Assembly: GCF_964204645.1 (NCBI RefSeq)
Contig: NC_134025.1
Location: 16,095,101 to 16,159,100 of the forward strand
DNA: 64,000 bases
Direction of reading: 5' to 3'
DNA from: Tubulanus polymorphus
Taxonomy: Eukaryota > Animalia > Nemertea
Below, piece by piece: positions 24,791 to 38,073 of this stretch. Both the position numbers and the translations under genes were made by a program. Under the pieces are notes generated by a model, which saw only the letters and a list, made by a program, of their open reading frames with translations, searched no databases and had not been told where the DNA came from. Position 1 is the stretch's first letter, and every line of letters begins with the position of its first letter.

Positions 24791-26194
24791 TAAGCTGACG
24801 CCTGCTTTTCCTAACCGGGCCGCTTAAAATACCACAATGTTAGAGCGCTGTTAACCACGTTAATCTTGCTCTTAAGGCGCTACTGTCGTCATATATGCGG
24901 TCACTTATATGATTTATCATTTATCATAAATTGTTTATTTTACAATTATTTGAAAAAATTAGTGAAATGAAAACAATTATGGTTATTAACACAGCATTCA
25001 GCGTGTCAGCAGTTCAGCGATTCAGTGCCTCAGCAAAGTTCAAAATTCTTGTTTTGGATGGAGATTGATAAAGAAATCGAAAGGCTGAATCCAAGAAATG
25101 TCTATCCCAGTTTTGAGCTCAAACGAAAGGCTGAATCCAAGAACATGTCTATCGCACTTTTGAGCCCAAACGTCCACTTTCACTTAGTAGCCACTTAGCA
25201 ATTAACAATATCGGCTACTTTCCCAGTAGTATACATTTAACATCAGTCACTCCAAAATAGTCTACCTTTCAATTCAGTTTGTTTTCCATAGTAGCTGTTT
25301 GAAAGAGTCTACTGCTGAAATGTGACCGTTTTAAAACATCTGATGTGCTAGTGTGCTAGCATTTTGATAGTGCACACTGGCAGGTGACTGCAACCAACCG
25401 ATTGTAAAGCGACCTAGCCGATAGTAACTCCTACCACAATAGTTTTACTCTCAAAACACATCGTTTCTAAAAATCAACTAGTGAAAAGTGACCATTTTGA
25501 GATGGCATGGTAATCTCCTGTTCAAAATAGCCACATCTGTCTAAGATTTGCAGTGATACGTGACAGGTTCAAAGGTACTGTTAAAGGGCCATATGCTTTG
25601 TATACAGAAATCTGTGTGCTTTGAATATAGTTCTGTGAATAGAAACTCCTAGTTGCTAAGAACCCCCTATATATCACGCTTAACAAAATGGAAATATCCA
25701 TTGTGGAAATAAATTATTATCATTATTATTATTATTAATAGGAAAATTATTGATTTATATAACATCATTATGGATTAAATCCGTATTAAACTATAATTGT
25801 GCCAGTTCTAATTTAGAATTTCATGATTTTTGTTTATATTTGCAATTATAAAACATGCTGGTGCATTCATACTGTCATAAATGTTTGATTCTGTAGAAAA
25901 AGATTTTTCTATTAGGCTTAACTTGCCTTCAAGGATATATGAGAGATGAATATACAAATAAAATCATATGTTCATAAAATGGATTATGTCTTTACATCTC
26001 ATTACCTGGATGTAAGACTACAAAACAATTTCCCAATAAATGTATCTAAAATACTTAGAATTAACCTACAATCATTGTTTATTTCGATACAATCAATTTT
26101 TAATCCATGTGATGTTCACTTTGTCACGCTGTTCTCTGCTTGTTCGTTTATGAATATTGAACTCTTTTATCGCTTGTTAGAATTGATACCTTAA

Positions 26195-29112
26195 CTCTTT
26201 CGATGTCGTCGGCGAACCGGTTCGCCGAGAATTGATGAGAAATTGGTTATCTTAGAACGCTGTTGGCGAAAATATTCGCCGATGTCAATCAGGTGACTTC
26301 ATCGCTGATTGGCTAGTCGTTAAAGCTATTCGAAGCATCTAAGCCAATCACCCACATGTAGGCGGTTACTACTAGCTGAGCTTCCATGAATTTCAATGTC
26401 ACTACACGTGTTTTGAATGGTTAGATGCTCTGACATACATACTAACTGTGTTAGTAACTAGGCGCTTAGTGCATACATATATGAATGTATACAATACCCG
26501 GCTACAGCGTTATATTGACTCGCATACATTTACGAGCGTCTGCAGTTATTTGAAGCAATCATGGCAAACAAACGTTTTACAGCTGAGCAATCAGAGATCT
26601 CGTTTTTGATAGCGGCAATGATGATGATAATGTAGATGAAAGTGATAATGAAAGTGATAATGAAAGTGAAAACACATTTGAAAGCGATGAAGCAAGTCAA
26701 AGTGACGAGGAACCACCACCAGCGCTTCCTTCAGACAGCTCTGGAAGTGACACCGATCCAGCCGTACCTGCTCCAGCTGTCACTGCTCCAGCTAGGGGTC
26801 GAGGGCATGGTCGAGGTCGTGGTCGAGGCCGTGGAGGTCATCAACAAGCCCCGCAGCCCGCTCGTCAATGGGTAGATGTGCATGATCAGGACCCTGGACC
26901 CCAAAAACTCGGATTTAAGCCGCCAAATCCACCAGGACCAATGAATCTTCAGGGTTTAGTTGATGATGATAGTCGACCGATTGATTTCTTCCACCTGCTA
27001 TTCACTCAAGAAATCATTCGAGATATCGTTTAAGAAATCAATAATAAAGATGAGAAAATACGATCTACTCAACTGAAACAACATTCCCGCCTGAAGCATT
27101 GGAAACCAACTGATGAAGAATTTGAAAGATTTTTGGGTGTGGTACTCAACATGGGGATTATTCGTTTCCCGTCTGTTCAACAGTAATGGGGAACAAGATG
27201 GACAGAGAATATCCCATTCTTCAGAGACACTATTAGCTGTAACCGTTTTTTGATATTATATCATACCATGTTATATGTATGTCACTCTGACCCTCGAGAC
27301 AAGTCCGCTCATGGACAAGCTCACAAGATAACGCCGCTACTGGAGCAACTGACCGAAAACTTCCAACTCTTCTTCTCTCCATTCGAACAGATATCAATGG
27401 ATGAATCCATGATAGGGTTCAAAGGAAGGATATCGTTCAAAATGTACTGTCCGGCAAAACCAACCAAGTGGGGACTAATTGCAAAAACCGCTGCTTGTCG
27501 CCACTCTGGATACTTACTCAGTGCTATCCTCTACTGCGGACGCGATGAGAATTTAGTCGTTGAAGATGGATTATTGCGAACGTCGCAATATGTAAGTTAT
27601 GAAGTTTTGAAACCATTTGCAGGGCGGGGACATCATGTTTACTGTGATCGATTATATAGCTCCATTCCTCTCGCTGAAAACCTTTATAACAAGGGGTTTC
27701 ATTACACCGGAACAATAATGCTAAATCGAGTTGGCATCCCAGCTGAAATAAAATATCCGAGGATGCGTGTCGGTGATGTTGTCGCTTATCGTAGTGAGAA
27801 TACGTTGCTACTAAATTGGAGATAAGCGCGTTGTCTCCATGATTTCGTCATATGGAAAGGGAACTGAAATCGAAGAGATTTCTGTTCGACGCGATCCAAC
27901 AAAAAAAGTAAAAGAGCCTAGTGTCGTTGTGGATTATAATAATCATATGTCGGGCGTTGACAAACACGATCAGCTCAATAAATATTATGAATCCACACGT
28001 AAGACCGTGAAGTGGTGGAAAAAGGTCTTTTTTTGGCTCTTAGAACGTTGCGTCACGAATTCGTATATTCTTTACAAACTGCACAGAGGATTACGTAAAT
28101 ACACTCTGATGCAATTTCGCAGGGAATTAGTTGAGAATCTAGTGCGAAAGGGCGACCGTGAACCCTTGATGAAGCGTGGACGTCCGAGTTATGGTCTGCC
28201 CGAACAACGATTAGATGGGTCTTTCCACCAGCAAGAGCAAACTGCAGACAGAAAAACGCGTGACTGCAAAGTGTGCTCTGATCGCGCAGCACGGCGATGT
28301 GAAACGTCAAATTATTGCAGTACGTGTCGCGATAATCCACCGTTACATCCCGGAAAATGCTTCAATTTGTATCACATGAAAAATAAATACCGCTCATTGT
28401 CAACATAGACTCAGACAACTCCTAATTGTGAACATAGACTCGAACAAATACATTTCAATTAAAGAATTTTTATTTGTAGCAGTTTGATAAATAGAATTTA
28501 TCAGAATTTCAATTTTTTTGTTTTCATCAATTTTAATTTTTGCAGCGCCCCCTGGTGTCTAAAAACCATATGTACCCAAGAAGGATGTCACTGTTCTCTG
28601 AGATAATCAATCACACCTGAAATGAGCTGAAAAGGAATTCAATAGGAGGCAGAACAAACTGAGGAAATGGATGGAGGCAGTTATTGATCAGAGGATATTG
28701 TGACCCTTAGATGACCTTTGAATTTTGGGGGATTTGACCCCCGTAACATATCAAAAAACAACCCCAAACCATGGATTTTTCTTCTAAATGTCTTTTTGAA
28801 TATTTTTGAATATATATCTCTAATTTCTTTTAGAAGTATTACATAGTAAATATATACTGAAAAATTTTACTGTTTTGAGGGGTCTACTTGACCCCCCATA
28901 GACCCCAAGACCCCAAATTGAATTTTTGAAAATAATATTCTGGTAGCTGGGGTCATAAGCTCCAAGGAAATTATAACTATTATTATGCTATTTCCATTAG
29001 AACGACTGCAATAAGGCTTTGAAAAAAATTCTACAAAATTGTTCTAAAACAATGAAACTAATTCATCACAGCTGAATACCATTAATCAATAATATATTCA
29101 ACACAGAAAGAG
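26195..29112 (+). mobile_element. piggyBac DNA transposon (full-length, decayed)
   Basis: TTAA|CTCTTTCGATGTCG ... CAACACAGAAAGAG|TTAA: imperfect TIRs with a TTAA TSD enclosing the transposase. Confidence 0.9.
26561..28408 (+). pseudogene. piggyBac (PGBD4-like) transposase with stops and frameshifts
   Basis: Acidic N-terminus with GRGRG repeats, ISMDESMIGFKGR, PAKPTKWG, VYCDRLYSS, YNNHMSGVDKHDQ, KWWKKVFFWL and a C-terminal CxxC..C..CxxC...C..YH Cys-rich domain. Confidence 0.93.
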
Positions 29113-31041
29113 TTAACCAAAATTTCATTTCATAGTTATACAGTTTGGTTGAAATGATATTACAACTATAAACTAGGATTTTCTATTCACTAATATAAGA
29201 TCAAAATAATAGTGCATTATATTATAATCTAATACCCATTACTCACTGAGCATATATGCTATTGAGAATAAGCCTAACAATAATCATTATTGATTGAATT
29301 AATACTGAAATAAATTCAGTTGAGATGTTCACGTAATTTTGAAATCAGTTATTCCAATTTCAATTGATAAAGAATGCAATTTAATTATCAAAGTTAAACC
29401 ACAACAACGTTCGGATTTTCAGTGACTGCCATCTGACTTAAAGCTCAAATCACTGGAATGTCTACATTTCACCTGATGATGGCTGTTAGTCAAGAGTCAA
29501 AATGTTGCCGTTTCATCTTGTTATCATATTAAGAGGTCTATTACGGTATTTCTTCGTTCATGAACCCACGGTGAAGATCACCAAAGGCTGTTACCGTAAT
29601 CCAAATGAAATCTTGAATACTATACAAAATTTCATATTTCTCTTAAATTCGGCCTCAGTTCGGAAGATTTCTTTAGAATGCATAGATAGACCCACATAAA
29701 TCCATACTAGATACAGCATATTTTATTTTTCTAAATCTACGATTCAGCGAAATTAATATAAAATCATGGGATGTTCGAACACTCCAAAATGCACATCTTA
29801 ATTTATGATGCAAAGACATCCAGACCCCCGTTGAAAGTAAACCACCATTTCAATAATGAGAGGGTTAGCCTGAATTTATGATTACGCTTCTAATTTATAA
29901 ATCAAAAATGAATGCAGACATGCTTGAAAATAGCTGCATTTGTTCAAATCGAATTCTACATCAAATCAATATCGCCATAAAAAGAAGGAAATTTCGATTC
30001 ATCGTAAAGCTCCGTAACCAATGACAATTGGTTAACTAATTTACTCCAATCTCGATTTTTATTGGTTAGAGTATCTTCAGAGCTTAACTGAGTCACTCTA
30101 AATACAACTATACCCCACACTATAGCGTGAGTATAGAATATTACACTAGTTTCTCAGTATGCTTATGTTGTCACGTATCACCGCAAATCTTAAGTGGCTA
30201 CTAAGTAAAAGTAGACGTTTGTTCTTGGATTCAGAGAACGATGCAGAGACAGGGGCCAGGCCCTCATCCACTTTTCTGACGCTTGAACATAATTTTTTTC
30301 ATCGCCTGCTGTTAAAGGATACCAGTGTAAAACCGTTATTGTCGTATTTCTGCATAGCGTTACATTCTGAAATTCTCAACAGTTCATGGGCTTAGATAGA
30401 TTTTAACCTTCATTTTATAAATTAGATATTCTTAACCTCCTTGAATCTATTGTAATCTTTATTATCCTTTTTACATAAAACATGCCTGAAATTGTGAGCA
30501 TATACCATTCCTAATTTCAACTAAGAAAGTGCTCAGAATGCACCTAAACGCATCTCATTCTTCAAAGACCAGACCCCTTTTGTGCCTTATGCACCTGGGG
30601 CCCTTTCTCCAAAAGCTAGATTCTCGAACATTTATCTAAATTACTTAATGGCATTTATTTCAAGTCTGCCCTCCTCTCGTTTCGGCGTTTAACGGTTACC
30701 CCTCTACAAATCGTCTTCTTTTCAGTTTGGATTCGCTTGCCAGATTCCCTGTTATAAATAGCGACATATGCTTCAAATTTGCAGTGGTATACGGGGTGTT
30801 CGAACTTCGCTGAATCACTGAATCACTGAATTGCTGAACTGCTGAATTACTGAAACGCTGAATTTTTTGTTAATTATCATTTTTTTAAATTTCACTGATT
30901 TTTTTCAAGCAATTAAAATACAGAACAATAGGTGATTGTGTTTATCTTTTGTCCGCCTTTCTACTGGTTTTTGGGCACTCGGAGTCGATATTTGGGGGAA
31001 ACTTCTACTGTAGAACAGGCAGAATAGGACCTCGTTACATC

Positions 31042-31062
31042 TGGTGGCAGCGTAGTGGGATT
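31042..31062 (+). promoter_or_regulatory. Primer binding site complementary to the tRNA-Leu 3' end
   Basis: TGGTGGCAGCG(TA)GTGGGATT lies 2 nt after the LTR end TTACA and matches the complement of tRNA-Leu ...AATCCCACCGCTGCCACCA. Confidence 0.8.
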
Positions 31063-31282
31063 TGATTGTGAAAAAACAGTTGAAATTGAGTTGAAGCAGT
31101 GAACACGTTTTTCTCCGCTTAGTCTGTGTAAATTACGGTTACTTTTTGTGTGTACTTTACGTACGTTTTTTACCTACTTCGTAATTCCTAGTTCATATTT
31201 AGTATTATTTTAGTGCCTGTTTCCCCTAATTTTATTTGCGGTCCTGTATTTTCTGTGTCATTTATATAATAGAATAGTAATT

Positions 31283-33150
31283 ATGTCGGATGTTGAGAAT
31301 GATGCCTGTGAGCCCTTGGCCTTATCTAGGCCTATGTCACTATCGGCCGGAGCTGCACATCATGACCTCCTGGTTAGTGGGGAGGGCAACCTCTCGTCAA
31401 AATCAAAACGTGGCCGTCCAACGAAGACGAAAGCTGAAAATTTAAAAACATCTGAGGATTCCATCCTTCAGCGCCTGACTGAAGTGATGAAGAGAGTCGT
31501 GATTCGAGATGCACCCACCCCAAAAATGCACAATATTCCGGCGCCCAAGCCCTATACCATGGGACACAATTTCCGCGTTTGGCTCGAAAGGTTTGACGCA
31601 TTCGCTGACCTGGCTCAGATTAGTTCTCGCATCAACAAGGGCAAACAGCGTAAATCACACCTGATGATGCGACTTGACAATGAGGCATACCAGGCTGTCT
31701 TGAACCTACGTCTCGACTCGAGCCTGTCGGCCAACAAACAAAGACTGTGGATGACTTAAAGATGTGGTTGAAAGGGAGGGACCAAAAGACAACAGAATCT
31801 GTGGAACGCTATGCTGTTGAGTTAGCAAAACTGGCAAGGAATGCGTACCCTGGCATTGCCTTAGAGCTACAGGACGAATTGGCCAGAGACCAATTTCTTA
31901 AAGGTAATAGCCTACCCGTCTCAGCGAAGCAGTCAATGTATGCGGCCCAGCCAAGTTCGCAGGCTGCACCAGTCGCTCAAGCACGGACTCTGGAAACAGC
32001 AAGACAGTTGACTGAGGGCACGACTCATAAACAAAAAGTATCCGTTAACCAGACCCAGCTCGACTCGACTAGCTCAGCCATAGCCAAACAACTCGACAAA
32101 TTGAAATCGATGATGGGAATGCTGATGACTCGAGTAGGCCATTTGGAAGCAGTTGTGTCTGGAAATGGCAATCCTCGACCGCCTGCTGATGACAAATGTT
32201 GGCGTTGCAGGGATGCAGACCACCCCAAACTTGTGCCCACAAGTTAAAAGCTATAATTGTGGGGGGAGTGGTCACTATTCAAGTAACTGCCACTTACCTC
32301 AGGGAAACGAGAAGCGGGGTTTTCAGGGGGGCAAGGGTAAACCCCATCCGGAAATAGTCCCCCCCTGTACCGCTGTATATACCCCCTGCAAGACGTAGAA
32401 AAACATCTTATGAATATGGCAAATGGCCTAACGTGTGATGCAAGTAGAGATGCACCTATTGATGGTTCCCATCATAATAGCCCCACCACCGTGAGACCAT
32501 CAAACCATATTCAAATGATATCGAGACCATCAAACCATATGCAAACAACACCTCAAGATGGATATGTGGTTGCTGGCCCGGCATGCGATTCTAGTGGAGA
32601 TACACCTACTGATGGTCCGCATCCTACTAGAACCATCGCTGTTAGGCCACCACAACATACCCAAAGAATAGACGAAAATCGACATGACCCTTCGGAGAAC
32701 AGTGAGGCTCCCAGTCTAGCTACGGAAAAAACTTGTCACAAGTTGCGCAACAAGGTTCAACCAACAGGAACGGAACCAGCCCAGACAAGCTTAGTTACAA
32801 ACATCAGAACAGTGATGCTCCACACCTCACCTGGTACTCCTGGACACTGGTGCCTCCTGCAACATCATTAGAGGTTCAGTATGGGACTCTAGTAGCCCGA
32901 TGGGTGAAGCCGCTGCACTGAGGCCAATCGAAGGAATCGTGACAACGGCTACCGGTCAGCCAATAGAGTTACGTGGGTTAGCTGAGGTATGTCTGAGAGT
33001 TGGAACTGAAGAATTTCATGTCCCCATTATCGTCAGCGAGGATTTGGCCCAAGACTGCTTACTCAGAAGTGATTTCTTCGAGAAATATGGCTGCAACATC
33101 AGACCCCTTGCAACTCCAGATGGTATGCTTGGGTCCACCCACCTTGCATG
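31283..33150 (+). pseudogene. Gypsy gag-protease relic
   Basis: WLERFD, Q..TESVE.YA.EL.KLAR.AYP, LARDQFLKG, knuckle YNCGGSGHYSSNC, LLDTGASCNII (alternate frame ~32835) and DCLL.SDF. Multiple frameshifts. Confidence 0.85.
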
Positions 33151-36100
33151 ATTCGGGTGGTATCTGAATGAATAAAATTCCCGCCATTTAGATTTTGTGG
33201 GGATCCACTACAAAAAGTAGGGAAATAATCCGTGTGGTATATCGCGTCTGAATGTGAATCCTTAGGTACCTAATGATGGTTCACCTGGAGTCGCTTACTC
33301 TAAGTAATGTTAGTGACAAAAGAGCCACTCAGTCCAAATACTACCACACGTGACCCCCCAGATGTAGCATTTCTTTTGATTGTATTTTTCAGCTTCCCAG
33401 GATGAGGAACAGTGGCAGAGAGGCAAGCCAGTGCAGTGTCCATTGGCCATATCTACCTTTTGATGGTATAGATATTTTTGGTTAGACACTACACTACAGG
33501 TGCGCCCCGAAAACAAACCACAAACCATTAGTGGAGATCGAAAGCTGCATGTATCATGATCACTGAGATGCAACCCGGATGCGAAACAACGACTACGCCG
33601 TGTTAGATGTCTGCTGTTATCCAGAGCCGAGAAGTTTGGAGCTTAATATTGTAAAATAAGGACTATAATTGTTTAAATTTGTGTAGATATTTTGACTATA
33701 TATTCCTGTTCAAATAGGAGTTTGAACAAGTTGAAGGGGGTGGTGTGATGGAATATGTCCATCAGTCGTTTTCTATGTTGTAACTGGAGGGTGCTGCCCT
33801 CTTTCTCTCTTGAAAATACAGAACAATAGGTGATTGTGTTAATATCTTTTGTCCGCCTTTTTACTGGTTTTTGGGCTCTCAGAGTCGATATTTGGAGGAA
33901 ACTTCTACTGTGGAACAGGCAGAATAGGACCTCGTTACATAGGCTCAGCCTACGGCTGACCTAAAAACTTGTTTAAAAAAAATATAATCCAATTGCTCCA
34001 TTGCTCTATGTAACTCCGAATTTCCATCATGTTTCGCTCGATTTTGTTGTGTTCTAATGGGAACATTTCAACAAAATGGAAAAAAAATTTGAATTAACAC
34101 TATATGATTTTTCATGTGTTCTTCTTTATTTCTGATAATGGATTTCCTGATAAGGAAAGGAAAACATTTTCATTCGTTTGATATTTGTGATACGTAACTT
34201 TCAAGCCCCGAGGCAGGATTACGAATAGGGGAAGATAAAAATCTTAAAAGTTTGCTGCGCTGATATACGGGATTCGAACCGTCTTAGTAGTACATTAAGT
34301 TAACCAAAACATAAATCATATATGTGCGCAGTGAATGGGATTAGAACCGTCCTAAAGTGGTACGTTGAGGCTAATAAACATAATACATATCACACAAGGG
34401 CAGTGAGCATATTTTCCTACTTAAAAGATTTTCGATGGAGCAGTAATTGCACATGTGTGATATACCATGAGAATTCAGGGTGGACTTTGTGAACATTCAT
34501 GTTTTTGCAAGTTCTGGCGTGATTCTCATTTCAAAGCGATTTCTCTTTTATTTTTCGTATAAATGTGGAGCTTAAAATTACCAAAATCTATTCGAAAACT
34601 ACCACCCGCATCCGAAGAGAATATGTCAGAGGGATATTTTCATTGTTGTAATGAAAAATTGAGGACCAAAGGTCCTGTGCTCTCGAGGAATAGTTTTTTT
34701 ATGATATCAATAAAAACATATACACATTGTTCATTCATTCTACTAATCAGTGTTTTGATTATGCAGATCTGTTGGCTTTAACAACTGCCTTAGATCCAGT
34801 TCCACAGTTGTGAGTTGGAGTTAACTCTTGAGTTGAAATTAGTTCATTTTCAATGTTTTAACTCCGAGTCAAATCTTAATTCGGAATGGAACTGTGTCTT
34901 CGGGCACTACGGTGAGACAGGGCACCTCAGACAGTGGTAGACCAAGAACAAATACGTCAGATCGATTTATGGCCTGGTATAGTACAAAAAGATCGACTGA
35001 CCAATGTATATCACTTTCAAATGAAAATCTATTATAAAGTTAATTTCATTAAAAAAAATTATTTCGCTGTATGAGGACATTGTCTGCAAACCTTTCAAAT
35101 TTAAAGACTCCCACTGAATTTCCCAGCACAAAACACGGAATTCTTTAAGACAGCGACGTATACCGACCGACCCTTAGTGCAAGGTGCCCGTTCACACCCC
35201 GCGTATTATTTCACCCTGTAAAATAAATTCATCCGAACGATTTATTGATAAAATGTTATTCGAAAATCTTTTTAATATTATTGTGATCAACTTCTATAAC
35301 CATTCAACCCAATATCATGTGAAATAATCTTGAATACAACATTGCCAGATCTATTTTTGCAGCGGATTTAACCCTCATTATCAGACCTTTCGTTAATTCG
35401 ATGACTATTAAAATGATATGCTTTGGTTCGCGGTTAACATACACGACATGATGCCAAAAAGACAAAAAGTGGATCAAAAGGGTGATAAAACAAAAAAAGG
35501 TCACTTACTTCATGATTACCATATCAATTATAACAAAACAAGTGACAAAGTAAATTGCAGTCCACGGTGAAATAGATAGCATCACAACATTCATGATTTC
35601 ATGCCAATTACTTGTCGTTACAATTTGAAAGACTGTTAAAAGGGAACACCTGCAAACAAATTGACATCAGAAACAATGAATCAAGTATAAATGCCAGGCA
35701 AATCTATACATGAGAGCATTCCAAAAAATTTCAAACATTCAATTATTTGAATGAAACATTTTATTTCTTAAAGGCCTAGCTCAAAACCAATCGAATTTAC
35801 CAGGGTATTCCACTTAAAATTTTGTTCCCAACCAACTGTTACACTTATATGTGAAGTCAATTACTCCTTGACTGGCCACGCAGAGATACTAAGTCATTGC
35901 ATACTTGACCATAATAAGACAAAAAAACCAGTGAAAATCTGTATCTCACACTAAAGAAGATGACTCAATGGAAATGAATGAAACATTTGTGATTCTAGAC
36001 ATCATTGTTGTTCAAAAAAGAAACTACGTTTTCGATAAATTCTATGTTTTTGGTCCGATTTTCGTGAATTTTTTTAGGACTTATCCACCTAAATATATAA

Positions 36101-36799
36101 TAAATCAATTCAAATCTAATTCATACAACAGAAATGGTGAAAAAAATATATACACATTCGAAACAAAGAAACTAATTTTAATTAGCAAGAATGATACAAA
36201 AAGAAATAATATAAAAGAAAAGTAACAAGCTGAAGCAGACCAAAGGGGACAGAATTCGGGAGTAACTATATATATATATATATAGGAACAATGGTCCAGT
36301 GGCTCGCCAAACTGTGTGAAGTAATAATCTATCGTATAGGCTACCGGAACGTAGAAATTCATTGTATCGCAAATTATACAAGAAAAAAATATATCAGGAC
36401 TCGGTTTTGGTCAGTGTGAACTTTGAATGAAACTTTTAATGAGAATGACATCTTCAAAAATTGCTTATGGAAATTTTTGGAACTCAACGGATGTTCATAA
36501 TCTTAATACATCCCCGGAATGACGTATAACAACTATAACTATGAGTGAACCGTTAAAATTTCATTATAAACGGCACCTTTTAACATTTTATTGATAAGTT
36601 ATAAAAACATTCTTACACTCAGACCAATGATATATTTTTTTGCATCAGTATCCCACTATACTTCTTAGTGAGTATCTACATCGATTTTGATGTTTTGTGA
36701 GGGGGATTCAACCAGACAAATTCTACGCTCCACGAAACGCGTGGAATTTATATACTGTCAATTGAAATATGATATTCATTAAGGTGATCAATCGTCTTG

Positions 36800-38073
36800 A
36801 ACAAGGGGTCCAGGGACACCATGCCCACATGGGAAGTGGTTCCAAATGCTCAACAATCTAACAATTTCAATATTCAACGCCCCCTGGTGACCATATACAG
36901 AATCCAATGACCCTGAAACTCACCACAATCATAGAACATGTCAGCAGCTACGATTTTGTAATTGATTGCGATAACAAAATATGCCTCGTTACCACTTTAA
37001 TATGGAAATACTAAGTTATTCTACTATTCAACGCCCCCTGGTGACCATATTCAAAACCCAATGACCTTGAAACTCACCACAATCATAGAACATGTCACGA
37101 ACTATAACTTTGTAATTGATCATGGTAACAAAATATGCCTAGGTACCAATATAATAAGGAAATACTAAGTTATTCTACTATTCAACGCCCCCTGGTGACC
37201 ATATAGAATAACTAATGGCCTTAAAACTTGCCACAATCATAGATGATGTCATGAGCTACAACTTTGCAATTGATTGTGGTTACAAAATATGCATTGATAC
37301 GAATATAATATAGAAATACTAAGATATTGCATTATTCAACGCCCCCTGGTGGCCATATACAAAAACCAATGACCTTGAAACTCACCATAATCATAGAACA
37401 CGTTATGAGCTACAACTTCCTAAATGATTGTGGTAACAAAATACACTTAGGTATCAATATAATGTGGAAAAACTTTTTCCCACTTACGAATGAGTACTGC
37501 TGACACCAAGATGGCCGCCAATTGCGTCATAATTGGCTGATGAAAAATACCTGTCTCAGGTATAAAACATCCCTTTCCAAAGAATACCCATCACAAATTG
37601 CAATGAGAAATGATAAACCAGTAGGAAGCTACAGGACTCAGAATTTGGGCCAAAATTAACATTTTTGGGCACTAAAAAGGTCATAGGACGGCCATCTTGA
37701 GTCCGATCGACCCAATTTTTGTTATGCTGATGGGCCCTGGGGGAATTCACATATATCCGAATGATCAAGGTAATTGATCAAAGCGTCTTTAAAATTTCCC
37801 TCAAAAAGTTCAAAAATGTGTAAAAAGTGCTGATTTTGGCGAACAACAATGGCTGCCAGTCGGCCATCTTGAATCTGACAGGGCCAGTTTTTGGGCTGAA
37901 GATGTGTCTAGGGTAGATACATGTGTAACCCAAATATCAAGACATTACCTTGAAGCGTCTTCAAAACTTCCCAAAATAACTGGATTCCGTCTACTGACGG
38001 ACGAACGGACGGACGACGGACGAAAAGTGAACGCAATAGCCCGCTGGGACTAAAGTCCCAAGTGGGCTAAAAA
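36800..38073. mobile_element. Helentron/HINE-like non-autonomous element with 4 x 154-bp internal repeats
   Basis: AACAAG start, subterminal IR GCCCACATGGGA / TCCCAAGTGGGC, (GACG)n microsatellite and terminal hairpin TAGCCCGCTGGGAC..GTCCCAAGTGGGCTA. An inverted paralogue lies at 54932-56036. Confidence 0.75.

Larger units (their letters stand above)
30915..33939 (+). mobile_element. Gypsy LTR retrotransposon, internally deleted (gag, zinc knuckle and protease; no RT or INT)
   Basis: Direct LTRs at 30915-31039 (5'-truncated) and 33744-33939 (TG...CA). PBS at 31042 and a PPT GAAGGGGGTGG before the 3' LTR. Confidence 0.92.
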
